From positions 204,104,001 to 204,168,000 of the forward strand of contig OZ024740.1 in the NCBI GenBank assembly GCA_964016885.1: a stretch of DNA of 64,000 nucleotides, read 5' to 3'. The notes beneath the pieces are model-generated. The model had not been told where the DNA came from. It ran no database searches and was given only the letters and a program-made list of their open reading frames with translations. Of the stretch, positions 14,401-30,500 are shown in pieces. Within the stretch, counting starts at the first letter, position 1. The number at the start of each line of letters is the position of its first letter. Origin of the DNA: Eledone cirrhosa. Taxonomy: Eukaryota. A program made the translations under genes and the position numbers.

Positions 14401-16980
14401 TTGTATCTACAGATATAGAGATATATACTGGACAGTAGAGAGACGTTACACTATGTCCCCTACCATTCAATACCACTGTCAGGGTGTGTTGTATCTACAG
14501 ATATAGAGATATATACTGGACAGTAGAGAGACGTTACATTATGTCCCCTACCATTGAATACCACTGTCAGGGTGTGTTGTATCTACAGATATAGAGATAT
14601 ATACTGGACAGTAGAGGGGTTACACTATGTCCCCTACCATTGAATACCACTGTCAGGGTGTGTTGTATCTACAGGTATAGAGATATATACTGGACAGTAG
14701 AGGGGTTACACTATGTCCCCTACCATTGAATACCACTGTCAGGGTGTGTTGTATCTACAGGTATAGAGATATACACTGGACAGTAGAGAGACGTTACATT
14801 ATGTCCCCTACTATTGAATACCACTGTCAGGGTGTGTTGTATCTACAGATATAGAGATATATACTGGACAGTAGAGAGACGTTACACTATGTCCCTACCA
14901 TTGAATACCACTGTCAGGGTGTGTTGTATCTACAGATATAGAGATATATACTGGACAGTAGAGAGACGTTACACTATGTCCCCTACCATTGAATACCACT
15001 GTCTGGGTGTGTTGTATCTACAGATGTAGAGATATATACTGAACAGTAGAGAGACGTTACACTATGTCCCCTACCATTCAATACCATTGTCAGGGTGTGT
15101 TGTATCTACAGGTATAGAGATATATACTGGATAGTAGAGAGACGTTACACTATGTCCCCTACCATTGAATACCACTGTCTGGGTGTGTTGTATCTACAAG
15201 TATAGAGATATATACTGGATAGTAGCGAGACGTTCCACTATGTCCCCTACCATTGAATACCACTGTCAGGGTGTGTTGTATCTACAGATATAGAGATATA
15301 TACTGGACAGTAGAGAGACGTTACACTATGTAACCTAACATGGAATACCACTGTCAGGGTGTGTTGTATCTACAGATATAGAGATATATACTGGATAAAA
15401 GAGAGACGTTACACTATGTCCCCTATCATTGAACACCACTGTCAGGGTGTGTTGTATCTACAGATGTAGAGATATATACTGGGCAGTAGAGAGACGTTAC
15501 ACTATGTCCCCTACCATTCAATACCACTGTATGGGTGTGTTGTATCTACAGCTATAGAGATATACACTGGACAGTAGAGAGACGTTACACTATGTCCCCT
15601 ACCATTCAATACCACTGTATGGGTGTGTTGTATCTACAGCTATAGAGATATATACTGGACAGTAGAGAGACGTTACACTATGTCCCCTACCATTGAATAC
15701 CACTGTCAGGGTATGTTGTATCTACAGCTATAGAGATATACACTGGACAGTAGAGAGATGTTATACTATGTCCCCTAAAATGGAATACTACTGTCAGGGT
15801 GTGTTGTATCTACAGCTATAGAGATATATACTGGACAGTAGAGGGGTTACACTATGTCCCCTACCATTGAATACCACTGTCAGGGTGTGTTGTATCTACA
15901 GGTATAGAGATATACACTGGACAGTAGAGAGACGTTACATTATGTCCCCTACCATTGAATACCAATGTCAGGGTGTGTTGTATCTACAAGTATAGAAATA
16001 TACACTGGACAGTAGAGAGACGTTACTCTATGTCCCCTACGATACAATACCACTGTCAGGGTGTGTTGTATCTACAGGTATAGAGATATATACTGGATAG
16101 TAGAGAGACGTTACACTATGTCCACTACCATTGAATACCACTGTCAGGGTGTGTTGTATCTACAGGTATAGAGATATATACTGGACAGTAGAGAGACGTT
16201 ACACTATGTCCACTACCATTGAATACCACTGTCAGGGTGTGTTGTATCTACAGGTATAGAGATATATACTGGACAGTAGAGAGACGTTACACTATGTCCC
16301 CTACCATTCAATACCACTGTCAGGGTGTTTGTATCTACAGGTATAGAGATATATACCGGACAGTAGAGAGACGTTACACTATGTCCACTACCATTGAATA
16401 CCACTGTCAGGGTGTGTTGTATCTACAGATATAGAGATATATACTGGACAGTAGAGAGACGTTACACTATGTCCCCTACCATTGAATACCACTGTCTGGG
16501 TGTGTTGTATCTACAGATATAGAGATATATACTGGACAGTAGAGAGACGTTACATTATGTCCCCTACCATTGAATACCACTGTCACGGTGTGTTGTATCT
16601 ACAAGTATAGAGATATACACTGGACAGTAGAGAGACGTTACTCTATGTCCCCTAACATTGAATACCACTGTCAGGGTGTTTTGTATCTACAGATATAGAG
16701 ATATATACTGGACAGTAGAGGGGTTACACTATGTCCCCTACCATTGAATACCACTGTCAGGGTGTGTTGTATCTACAGATATAGAGATATATACTGGACA
16801 GTAGAGGGGTTACACTATGTCCCCTACCATTGAATACCACTGTCAGGGTGTGTTGTATCTACAGATATAGAGATATATACTGGACAGTAGAGAGACGTTA
16901 CACTATGTACCCTACCATTGAATACCACTGTCAGGGTGTGTTGTATCTACAGATATAGAGATATATACTGGACAGTAGAG
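2420..16980. repeat. Large tandem duplication: about 2420-11520 versus about 11520-16980 (offsets 9101 and 5607 bp)
   Basis: The rare variant CTTTGAATACTACTGTCAGTGTTTG occurs at about 2560 and 11661 (offset 9101). ORF pairs 9207/14814 and 10612/16219 are offset by 5607 (64 monomers minus 25 bp, matched by counted indels). 9101-5607=2x1747. Confidence 0.88.
3020..8420. repeat. Higher-order repeat: 20-monomer unit of 1747 bp, about 3 tandem copies
   Basis: Marker ORFs at 3090, 4837 and 6584 are 1747 apart. 20x88=1760, and six 86-mers plus one 87-mer counted in 3090-4836 remove 13 bp, giving 1747. The order of variants is the same in each copy. Boundaries are approximate. Confidence 0.93.
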
Positions 16981-19449
16981 GGGTTACACTATGTCCCCTA
17001 CCATTGAATACCACTGTCAGGGTGTGTTGTATCTACAGATATAGAGATATATACTGGACAGTAGAGAGACGTTACACTATGTACCCTAACATGGAATACC
17101 ACTGTCAGGGTGTGTTGTATCTACAGATATAGAGATATATACTGGATAAAAGAGAGACGTTACACTATGTCCCCTATCATTGAACACCACTGTCAGGGTG
17201 TGTTGTATCTACAGATGTAGAGATATATACTGGGCAGTAGAGAGACGTTACACTATGTCCCCTACCATTGAATACCACTGTCAGGGTTTGTTGTATCTAC
17301 AGCTATAGAGATATACACTGGACAGTAGAGAGATGTTATGCTATGTCCCCTAAAATGGAATACTACTGTCAGGGTGTGTTGTATCTACAAGTATAGAGAT
17401 ATACACTGGACAGTAGAGAGACGTTACACTATGTCCCCTACCATTGAATACCACTGTCAGGGTGTGTTGTATCTACAGATATAGAGATATATACTGGACA
17501 GTAGAGAGACGTTACACTATGTCCCCTACCATTGAATACCAATGTCAGGGTGTGTTGTATCTACAAGTATAGAAATATACACTGGACAGTAGAGAGACGT
17601 TACACTATGTCCCCTACCATACAATACCACTGTCAGGGTGTGTTGTATCTACAGGTATAGAGATATATACTGGATAGTAGAGAGACGTTACACTATGTCC
17701 ACTACCATTGAATACCACTGTCAGGGTGTGTTGTATCTACAGGTATAGAGATATATACTGGACAGTAGAGAGACGTTACACTATGTCCCCTACCATTCAA
17801 TACCACTGTCAGGGTGTTTGTATCTACAGGTATAGAGATATATACCGGATAGTAGAGAGACGTTACACTATGTCCACTACCATTGAATACCACTGTCAGG
17901 GTGTGTTGTATCTACAGATATAGAGATATATACTGGACAGTAGAGAGACGTTACACTATGTCCCCTACCATTGAATACCACTGTCTGGGTGTGTTGTATC
18001 TACAGATATTGAGATATATACTGGACAGTAGAGAGACGTTACATTATGTCCCCTACCATTGAATACCACTGTCACGGTGTGTTGTATCTACAAGTATAGA
18101 GATATACACTGGACAGTAGAGAGACGTTACTCTATGTCCCCTAACATTGAATACCACTGTCAGGGTGTTTTGTATCTACAGATATAGAGATATATACTGG
18201 ACAGTAGAGGGGTTACACTATGTCCCCTACCATTGAATACCACTGTCAGGGTGTGTTGTATCTACAGATATAGAGATATATACTGGACAGTAGAGGGGTT
18301 ACACTATGTCCCCTACCATTGAATACCACTGTCAGGGTGTGTTGTATCTACAGGTATAGAGATATACACTGGACAGTAGAGAGACGTTGCATTATGTCCC
18401 CTACCATTGAATACCACTGTCAGGGTGTGTTGTATCTACAGATATAGAGATATATACTGGACAGTAGAGAGACGTTACACTATGTCCCTACCATTGAATA
18501 CCACTGTCAGGGTGTGTTGTAACTACAGATGTAGAGATATATACTGGACAGTAGAGAGACGTTACACTATGTCCCCTACCATTGAATACCACTGTCTGGG
18601 TGTGTTGTATCTACAGATGTAGAGATATATACTGAACAGTAGAGAGACGTTACACTATGTCCCCTACCATTCAATACCATTTTCAGGGTGTGTTGTATCT
18701 ACAGGTATAGAGATATATACTGGATAGTAGAGAGACGTTACACTATGTCCCCTACAATTGAATACCACTGTCTGGGTGTGTTGTATCTACAAGTATAGAG
18801 ATATATACTGGATAGTAGCGAGACGTTCCACTATATCCTCTACCATTGAATACCACTGTCAGGGTGTGTTATATCTACAGATGTAGAGATATATACTGGT
18901 CATTAGAGAGACGTTACACTATGTCTCATACCATGGAATACCACTGTCAGGGTGTATTGTATCTACAGATGTAGAGATATATACTGGACAGTAGAGGGGT
19001 TACACTATGTCCCGTACCATTGAATTCCACTGTCAGGATGTGTTGTATCTACAGATATAGAGATATATACTGGACAGTAGAGAGACGTTACACTATGTCC
19101 CCTACCATTGAATACCAATGTCAGGGTGTGTTGTATCTACAAGTATAGAGATATACACTGGACAGTAGAGAGACGTTACACTATGTCCCCTACCATACAA
19201 TACCACTGTCAGGGTGTGTTGTATCTACAGGTATAGAGATATATACTGGATAGTAGAGAGACGTTACACTATGTCCCCTACCATTGAATACCACTGTCAG
19301 GGTGTGTTGTATCTACAGATATAGAGATATATACTGGATAGTAGAGAGACGTTACACTATGTCCCCTACCATTGAATACCACTGTCAGGGTATGTTGTAT
19401 CTACAGGTATAGATATATATACTGGATAGTAGAGAGACGTTACACTATG

Positions 19450-22400
19450 TCCCCTACCATTGAATACCACTGTCAGGGTGTGTTGTATCTACAGATATAG
19501 AGATATATACTGGACAGTAGAGAGACGTTACACTATGTCTCCTACAATTGAATACCACTGTCAGTGTGTGTTGTATCTACAATTATAGAGATATATACTG
19601 GACAGTAGAGAGACGTTACACTATGTCCCCTACCATTGAATACCACTGTCAGGGTGTGTTGTATCTACAGATATAGAGATATATACAGGACAGTAGAGAG
19701 ATGTTACACTATGTCCCCTACCATTGAATACCACTGTCAGGGTGTGTTGTATCTACAGATGTAAAGATATATACTGGACAGTAGAGAGACGTTACACTAT
19801 GTCCCCTACCATTCAATACCACTGTCTGGGTGTGTTGTATCTAGAGATGTAGAGATATATACTGAACAGTAGAGAAACGTTACACTATGTCCCCTACCAT
19901 TCAATACCACTATCAGGGTGTGTTGTATCTACATGTATAGAGATATATACTTGATAGTAGAGAGACGTTACACTATGTCCCCTACCATTGAATACCACTG
20001 TCTGGGTGTGTTGTATCTACAAGTATAGAGATATAGACTGGATAGTACCGAGACGTAACACTATGTCCCCTAACATTGAATACCACTGTCAGGGTGTGTT
20101 GTATCTACAGATATAGAGATATATACTGGACAGTAGAGAGACGTTACACTATGTACCCTAACATGGAATACCACTGTCAGGGTGTGTTGTATCTACAGAT
20201 ATAGAGATATATACTGGATAAAAGAGAGACGTTACACTATGTCCCCTATCATTGAACACCACTGTCAGGGTGTGTTGTATCTACAAATGTAGAGATATAT
20301 ACTGGGCAGTAGAGAGACGTTACACTATGTCCCCTACCATTGAATACCACTGTCAGGGTTTGTTGTATCTACAGCTATAGAGATATACACTGGACAGTAG
20401 AGAGATGTTATACTATGTCCCCTAAAATGGAATACTACTGTCAGGGTGTGTTGTATCTACAAGTATAGAGATATACACTGGACAGTAGAGAGACGTTACA
20501 CTATGTCCCCTACCATTGAATACCACTGTCAGGGTGTGTTGTATCTACAAGTATAGAAATATAAACTGGACAGTAGAGAGACGTTACTCTATGTCCCCTA
20601 CCATACAATACCACTGTCAGGGTGTGTTGTATCTACAGGTATAGAGATATATACTGGATAGTAGAGAGACGTTAAACTATGTCCACTACCATTGAATACC
20701 ACTGTCAGGGTGTGTTGTATCTACAGGTATAGAGATATATACTGGACAGTAGAGAGACGTTACACTATGTCCCCTACCATTCAATACCACTGTCAGGGTG
20801 TTTGTATCTACAGGTATAGAGATATATACCGGATAGTAGAGAGACGTTACACTATGTCCACTACCATTGAATACCACTGTCAGGGTGTGTTGTATCTACA
20901 GATATAGAGATATATACTGGACAGTAGAGAGACGTTACACTATGTCCCCTACCATTGAATACCACTGTCTGGGTGTGTTGTATCTACAGATATTGAGATA
21001 TATACTGGACAGTAGAGAGACGTTACACTATGTCCCCTACCATTCAATACCACTGTCAGGGTGTGTTGTATCTACAGGTATAGAGATATATACTGGACAG
21101 TAGAGAGACGTTACTCTATGTCCCCTAACATTGAATACCACTGTCAGGGTGTTTTGTATCTACAGATATAGAGATATATACTGGACAGTAGAGGGGTTAC
21201 ACTATGTCCCCTACCATTGAATACCACTGTCAGGGTGTGTTGTATCTACAGATATAGAGATATATACTGGACAGTAGAGGGGTTACACTATGTCCCCTAC
21301 CATTGAATACCACTGTCAGGGTGTGTTGTATCTACAGGTATAGAGATATACACTGGACAGTAGAGAGACGTTACACTATGTCCCTACCATTGAATACCAC
21401 TGTCAGGGTGTGTTGTATCTACAGATATAGAGATATATACTGGACAGTAGAGAGACGTTACACTATGTCCCTACCATTGAATACCACTGTCAGGGTGTGT
21501 TGTATCTACAGATGTAGAGATATATACTGGACAGTAGAGAGACGTGACACTATGTCCCCTACCATTCAATACAACTGTCTGGGTGTGTTGTATCTACAGA
21601 TATAGAGATATATACTGGACAGTAGAGAGACGTTACACTATGTCCCCTACCATTGAATACCACTGTCTGGGTGTGTTGTATCTACAGATGTAGAGATATA
21701 TACTGAACAGTAGAGAGACGTTACACTATGTCCCCTACCATTCAATACCATTGTCAGGGTGTGTTGTATCTACAGGTATAGAGATATATACTGGATAGTA
21801 GAGAGACGTTACACTATGTCCCCTACCATTGAATACCACTGTCTGGGTGTGTTGTATCTACAAGTATAGAGATATATACTGGATAGTAGCGAGACGTTCC
21901 ACTATGTCCTCTACCATTGAATACCACTGTCAGGGTGTGTTATATCTACAGATGTAGAGATATATACTGGTCATTAGAGAGACGTTACACTATGTCTCAT
22001 ACCATGGAATACCACTGTCAGGGTGTATTGTATCTACAGGTATAGAGATATATACTGGACAGTAGAGAGACGTTACACTATGTCCCCTACCATTGAATTC
22101 CACTGTCAGGATGTGTTGTATCTACAGATATAGAGATATATACTGGACAGTAGAGAGACGTTACACTATGTCCCCTACCATTGAATACCAATGTCAGGGT
22201 GTGTTGTATCTACAAGTATAGAGATATACACTGGACAGTAGAGAGACGTTACACTATGTCCCCTACCATACAATACCACTGTCAGGGTGTGTTGTATCTA
22301 CAGGTATAGAGATATATACTGGATAGTAGAGAGACGTTACACTATGTCCCCTACCATTGAATACCACTGTCAGGGTGTGTTGTATCTACAGATATAGAGA

Positions 22401-25400
22401 TATATACTGGATAGTAGAGAGACGTTACACTATGTCCCCTACCATTGAATACCACTGTCAGGGTATGTTGTATCTACAGGTATAGATATATATACTGGAT
22501 AGTAGAGAGACGTTACACTATGTCCCCTACCATTGAATACCACTGTCAGGGTGTGTTGTATCTACAGATATAGAGATATATACTGGACAGTAGAGAGACG
22601 TTACACTATGTCCCCTACCATTGTATACCACTGTCAGGGTGTGTTGTATCTACAGATATAGAGATATATACAGGACAGTAGAGAGATGTTACACTATGTC
22701 CCCTACCATTGAATACCACTGTCAGGGTGTGTTGTATCTACAGATGTAAAGATATATACTGGACAGTAGAGAGACGTTACACTATGTCCCCTACCATTCA
22801 ATACCACTGTCTGGGTGTGTTGTATCTACAGATGTAGAGATATATACTGGACAGTAGTGGGGTTACACTATGTCCCCTACCATTGAATTCCACTGTCAGG
22901 GAGTGTTGTATCTACAGATGTAGAGATATATACTGAACAGTAGAGAAACGTTACACTATGTCCCCTACCATTCAATACCACTATCAGGGTGTGTTGTATC
23001 TACATGTATAGAGATATATACTGGATAGTAGAGAGACGTTACACTATGTCCCCTACCATTGAATACCACTGTCAGGGTGTTTTGTATCTACAGATATAGA
23101 GATATATACTGGACAGTAGAGGGGTTACACTATGTCCCCTACCATTGAATACCACTGTCAGCGTGTGTTGTATCTACAGATATAGAGATATATACTGGAC
23201 AGTAGAGGGGTTACACTATGTCCCCTACCATGGAATACCACTGTCAGGGTGTGTTGTATCTACAGGTATAGAGATATACACTGGACAGTAGAGAGACGTT
23301 ACATTATGTCCCCTACCATTGAATACCACTGTCAGGGTGTGTTGTATCTACAGATATAGAGATATATACTGGACAGTAGAGAGACGTTACACTATGTCTC
23401 CTACAATTGAATACCACTGTCAGTGTGTGTTGTATCTACAATTATAGAGATATATACTGGACAGTAGAGAGACGTTACACTATGTCCCCTACCATTGAAT
23501 ACCACTGTCAGGGTGTGTTGTATCTACAGATATAGAGATATATACAGGACAGTAGAGAGATGTTACACTATGTCCCCTACCATTGAATACCACTGTCAGG
23601 GTGTGTTGTATCTACAGATGTAAAGATATATACTGGACAGTAGAGAGACGTTACACTATGTCCCCTACCATTCAATACCACTGTCTGGGTGTGTTGTATC
23701 TAGAGATGTAGAGATATATACTGAACAGTAGAGAAACGTTACACTATGTCCCCTACCATTCAATACCACTATCAGGGTGTGTTGTATCTACATGTATAGA
23801 GATATATACTTGATAGTAGAGAGACGTTACACTATGTCCCCTACCATTGAATACCACTGTCTGGGTGTGTTGTATCTACAAGTATAGAGATATAGACTGG
23901 ATAGTACCGAGACGTAACACTATGTCCCCTAACATTGAATACCACTGTCAGGGTGTGTTGTATCTACAGATATAGAGATATATACTGGACAGTAGAGAGA
24001 CGTTACACTATGTACCCTAACATGGAATACCACTGTCAGGGTGTGTTGTATCTACAGATATAGAGATATATACTGGATAAAAGAGAGACGTTACACTATG
24101 TCCCCTATCATTGAACACCACTGTCAGGGTGTGTTGTATCTACAAATGTAGAGATATATACTGGGCAGTAGAGAGACGTTACACTATGTCCCCTACCATT
24201 GAATACCACTGTCAGGGTTTGTTGTATCTACAGCTATAGAGATATACACTGGACAGTAGAGAGATGTTATACTATGTCCCCTAAAATGGAATACTACTGT
24301 CAGGGTGTGTTGTATCTACAAGTATAGAGATATACACTGGACAGTAGAGAGACGTTACACTATGTCCCCTACCATTGAATACCACTGTCAGGGTGTGTTG
24401 TATCTACAAGTATAGAAATATAAACTGGACAGTAGAGAGACGTTACTCTATGTCCCCTACCATACAATACCACTGTCAGGGTGTGTTGTATCTACAGGTA
24501 TAGAGATATATACTGGATAGTAGAGAGACGTTAAACTATGTCCACTACCATTGAATACCACTGTCAGGGTGTGTTGTATCTACAGGTATAGAGATATATA
24601 CTGGACAGTAGAGAGACGTTACACTATGTCCCCTACCATTCAATACCACTGTCAGGGTGTTTGTATCTACAGGTATAGAGATATATACCGGATAGTAGAG
24701 AGACGTTACACTATGTCCACTACCATTGAATACCACTGTCAGGGTGTGTTGTATCTACAGATATAGAGATATATACTGGACAGTAGAGAGACGTTACACT
24801 ATGTCCCCTACCATTGAATACCACTGTCTGGGTGTGTTGTATCTACAGATATTGAGATATATACTGGACAGTAGAGAGACGTTACACTATGTCCCCTACC
24901 ATTCAATACCACTGTCAGGGTGTGTTGTATCTACAGGTATAGAGATATATACTGGACAGTAGAGAGACGTTACTCTATGTCCCCTAACATTGAATACCAC
25001 TGTCAGGGTGTTTTGTATCTACAGATATAGAGATATATACTGGACAGTAGAGGGGTTACACTATGTCCCCTACCATTGAATACCACTGTCAGGGTGTGTT
25101 GTATCTACAGATATAGAGATATATACTGGACAGTAGAGGGGTTACACTATGTCCCCTACCATTGAATACCACTGTCAGGGTGTGTTGTATCTACAGGTAT
25201 AGAGATATACACTGGACAGTAGAGAGACGTTACACTATGTCCCTACCATTGAATACCACTGTCAGGGTGTGTTGTATCTACAGATATAGAGATATATACT
25301 GGACAGTAGAGAGACGTTACACTATGTCCCTACCATTGAATACCACTGTCAGGGTGTGTTGTATCTACAGATGTAGAGATATATACTGGACAGTAGAGAG

Positions 25401-27255
25401 ACGTGACACTATGTCCCCTACCATTCAATACAACTGTCTGGGTGTGTTGTATCTACAGATATAGAGATATATACTGGACAGTAGAGAGACGTTACACTAT
25501 GTCCCCTACCATTGAATACCACTGTCTGGGTGTGTTGTATCTACAGATGTAGAGATATATACTGAACAGTAGAGAGACGTTACACTATGTCCCCTACCAT
25601 TCAATACCATTGTCAGGGTGTGTTGTATCTACAGGTATAGAGATATATACTGGATAGTAGAGAGACGTTACACTATGTCCCCTACCATTGAATACCACTG
25701 TCTGGGTGTGTTGTATCTACAAGTATAGAGATATATACTGGATAGTAGCGAGACGTTCCACTATGTCCTCTACCATTGAATACCACTGTCAGGGTGTGTT
25801 ATATCTACAGATGTAGAGATATATACTGGTCATTAGAGAGACGTTACACTATGTCTCATACCATGGAATACCACTGTCAGGGTGTATTGTATCTACAGGT
25901 ATAGAGATATATACTGGACAGTAGAGAGACGTTACACTATGTCCCCTACCATTGAATTCCACTGTCAGGATGTGTTGTATCTACAGATATAGAGATATAT
26001 ACTGGACAGTAGAGAGACGTTACACTATGTCCCCTACCATTGAATACCAATGTCAGGGTGTGTTGTATCTACAAGTATAGAGATATACACTGGACAGTAG
26101 AGAGACGTTACACTATGTCCCCTACCATACAATACCACTGTCAGGGTGTGTTGTATCTACAGGTATAGAGATATATACTGGATAGTAGAGAGACGTTACA
26201 CTATGTCCCCTACCATTGAATACCACTGTCAGGGTGTGTTGTATCTACAGATATAGAGATATATACTGGATAGTAGAGAGACGTTACACTATGTCCCCTA
26301 CCATTGAATACCACTGTCAGGGTATGTTGTATCTACAGGTATAGATATATATACTGGATAGTAGAGAGACGTTACACTATGTCCCCTACCATTGAATACC
26401 ACTGTCAGGGTGTGTTGTATCTACAGATATAGAGATATATACTGGACAGTAGAGAGACGTTACACTATGTCCCCTACCATTGTATACCACTGTCAGGGTG
26501 TGTTGTATCTACAGATATAGAGATATATACAGGACAGTAGAGAGATGTTACACTATGTCCCCTACCATTGAATACCACTGTCAGGGTGTGTTGTATCTAC
26601 AGATGTAAAGATATATACTGGACAGTAGAGAGACGTTACACTATGTCCCCTACCATTCAATACCACTGTCTGGGTGTGTTGTATCTACAGATGTAGAGAT
26701 ATATACTGGACAGTAGTGGGGTTACACTATGTCCCCTACCATTGAATTCCACTGTCAGGGAGTGTTGTATCTACAGATGTAGAGATATATACTGAACAGT
26801 AGAGAAACGTTACACTATGTCCCCTACCATTCAATACCACTATCAGGGTGTGTTGTATCTACATGTATAGAGATATATACTGGATAGTAGAGAGACGTTA
26901 CACTATGTCCCCTACCATTGAATACCACTGTCAGGGTGTTTTGTATCTACAGATATAGAGATATATACTGGACAGTAGAGGGGTTACACTATGTCCCCTA
27001 CCATTGAATACCACTGTCAGCGTGTGTTGTATCTACAGATATAGAGATATATACTGGACAGTAGAGGGGTTACACTATGTCCCCTACCATGGAATACCAC
27101 TGTCAGGGTGTGTTGTATCTACAGGTATAGAGATATACACTGGACAGTAGAGAGACGTTACATTATGTCCCCTACCATTGAATACCACTGTCAGGGTGTG
27201 TTGTATCTACAGATATAGAGATATATACTGGACAGTAGAGAGACGTTACACTATG
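19450..27255. repeat. Higher-order repeat: 44-monomer unit of 3859 bp, 2 near-identical tandem copies
   Basis: ORF pairs 20692/24551, 20867/24726 and 21303/25162 are all offset by 3859, as is the marker ACTATGTCTCCTACAATTG at 19532/23391. 44x88-13=3859, matching five 86-mers and three 87-mers. Confidence 0.93.
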
Positions 27256-27519
27256 TCCCTACCATTGAATACCACTGTCAGGGTGTGTTGTATCTACAGA
27301 TGTAGAGATATATACTGGACAGTAGAGAGACGTTACACTATGTCCCCTACCATTGAATACCACTGTCTGGGTGTGTTGTATCTACAGATGTAGAGATATA
27401 TACTGGACAGTAGAGAGACGTTACACTATGTCCCCTACCATTCAATACCATTGTCAGGGTGTGTTGTATCTACAGGTATAGAGATATATACTGGATAGTA
27501 GAGAGACGTTACACTATGT

Positions 27520-30500
27520 CCCCTACCATTGAATACCACTGTCTGGGTGTGTTGTATCTACAAGTATAGAGATATATACTGGATAGTAGCGAGACGTTCC
27601 GCTATGTCCTCTACCATTCAATACCACTGTCAGGGTGTGTTATATCTACAGATGTAGAGATATATACTGGTCATTAGAGAGACGTTACACTATGTCTCAT
27701 ACCATGGAATACCACTGTCAGGGTGTATTGTATCTACAGGTATAGAGATATATACTGGACAGTAGAGAGACGTTACACTATGTCCCCTATCATTGAATAC
27801 CACTGTCAGGGTGTGTTGTATCTACAGATGTAGAGATATATACTGGACAGTAGAGGGGTTACACTATGTCCCGTACCATTGAATTCCACTGTCAGGATGT
27901 GTTGTATCTACAGATATAGAGATATATACTGGACAGTAGAGAGACGTTACACTATGTCCCCTACTTTGAATACCAATGTCAGGGTGTGTTGTATCTACAA
28001 GTATAGAGATATACACTGGACAGTAGAGAGACGTTACACTATGTCCCCTACCATACAATACCACTGTCAGGGTGTGTTGTATCTACAGGTATAGAGATAT
28101 ATACTGGATAGTAGAGAGACGTTACACTATGTCCCCTACCATTGAATACCACTGTCAGGGTGTGTTGTATCTACAGATATAGAGATATATACTGGATAGT
28201 AGAGAGACGTTACACTATGTCCCCTACCATTGAATACCACTGTCAGGGTATGTTGTATCTACAGGTATAGATATATATACTGGATAGTAGAGAGACGTTA
28301 CACTATGTCCCCTACCATTGAATACCACTGTCAGGGTGTGTTGTATCTACAGATATAGAGATATATACTGGACAGTAGAGAGACGTTACACTATGTCTCC
28401 TACAATTGAATACCACTGTCAGTGTGTGTTGTATCTACAATTATAGAGATATATACTGGACAGTAGAGAGACGTTACACTATGTCCCCTACCATTGAATA
28501 CCACTGTCAGGGTGTGTTGTATCTACAGATATAGAGATATATACTGGATAGTAGAGAGACGTTACACTATGTCCCCTACCATTGAATACCACTGTCAGGG
28601 TATGTTGTATCTACAGGTATAGATATATATACTGGATAGTAGAGAGACGTTACACTATGTCTCCTACAATTGAATACCACTGTCAGTGTGTGTTGTATCT
28701 ACAATTATAGAGATATATACTGGACAGTAGAGAGACGTTACACTATGTCCCATACCATTGAATACCACTGTCAGGGTGTGTTGTATCTACAGATATAGAG
28801 ATATATACAGGACAGTAGAGAGATGTTACACTATGTCCCCTACCATTGAATACCACTGTCAGGGTGTGTTGTATCTACAGATGTAAAGATATATACTGGA
28901 CAGTAGAGAGACGTTACACTATGTCCCCTACCATTCAATACCACTGTCTGCGTGTGTTGTATCTAGAGATGTAGAGATATATACTGAACAGTAGAGAAAC
29001 GTTACACTATGTCCCCTACCATTCAATACCACTATCAGGGTGTGTTGTATCTACATGTATAGAGATATATACTTGATAGTAGAGAGACGTTACACTATGT
29101 CCCCTACCATTGAATACCACTGTCTGGGTGTGTTGTATCTACAAGTATAGAGATATATACTGGATAGTACCGAGACGTAACACTATGTCCCCTAACATTG
29201 AATACCACTGTCAGGGTGTGTTGTATCTACAGATGTAGAGATATATACTGGACAGTAGAGGGGTTACACTATGTCCCCTACCATTGAATTCCACTGTCAG
29301 GGAGTGTTGTATCTACAGATATAGAGATATATACTGGACAGTAGAGAGACGTTACACTATGTCCCCTACCATTGAATACCACTGTCAGGATGTGTTGTAT
29401 CTACAAGTATAGAGATATACACTGGACAGTAGAGAGACGTTACACTATGTCCCCTACCATACAATACCACTGTCAGGGTGTGTTGTATCTACAGGTATAG
29501 AGATATATACTGGATAGTAGAGAGACGTTACACTATGTCCCCTACCATTGAATACCACTGTCAGGGGGTTTTGTATCTACAGATATAGAGATATATACTG
29601 GACAGTAGATGGGTTACACTATGTCCCCTACCATTGAATACCACTGTCAGGGTGTGTTGTATCTACAGATATAGAGATATATACTGGACAGTAGAGGGGT
29701 TACACTATGTCCCCTACCATTGAATACCACTGTCAGGGTGTGTTGTATCTACAGGTATAGAGATATATACTGGTCATTAGAGAGACGTTACACTATGTCT
29801 CATACCATGGAATACCACTGTCAGGGTGTATTGTATCTACAGGTATAGAGATATATACTGGACAGTAGAGAGACGTTACACTATGTCCCCTATCATTGAA
29901 TACCACTGTCAGGGTGTGTTGTATCTACAGATGTAGAGATATATACTGGACAGTAGAGGGGTTACACTATGTCCCGTACCATTGAATTCCACTGTCAGGA
30001 TGTGTTGTATCTACAGATATAGAGATATATACTGGACAGTAGAGAGACGTTACACTATGTCCCTACCATTGAATACCACTGTCAGGGTGTGTTGTATCTA
30101 CAGATGTAGAGATATATACTGGACAGTAGAGAGACGTTACACTATGTCCCCTACCATTGAATACCACTGTCTGGGTGTGTTGTATCTACAAGTATAGAGA
30201 TATATACTGGATAGTAGCGAGACGTTCCGCTATGTCCTCTACCATTGAATACCACTGTCAGGGTGTGTTATATCTACAGATGTAGAGATATATACTGGTC
30301 ATTAGAGAGACGTTACACTATGTCTCATACCATGGAATACCACTGTCAGGGTGTATTGTATCTACAGGTATAGAGATATATACTGGACAGTAGAGAGACG
30401 TTACACTATGTCCCCTATCATTGAATACCACTGTCAGGGTGTGTTGTATCTACAGATGTAGAGATATATACTGGACAGTAGAGGGGTTACACTATGTCCC

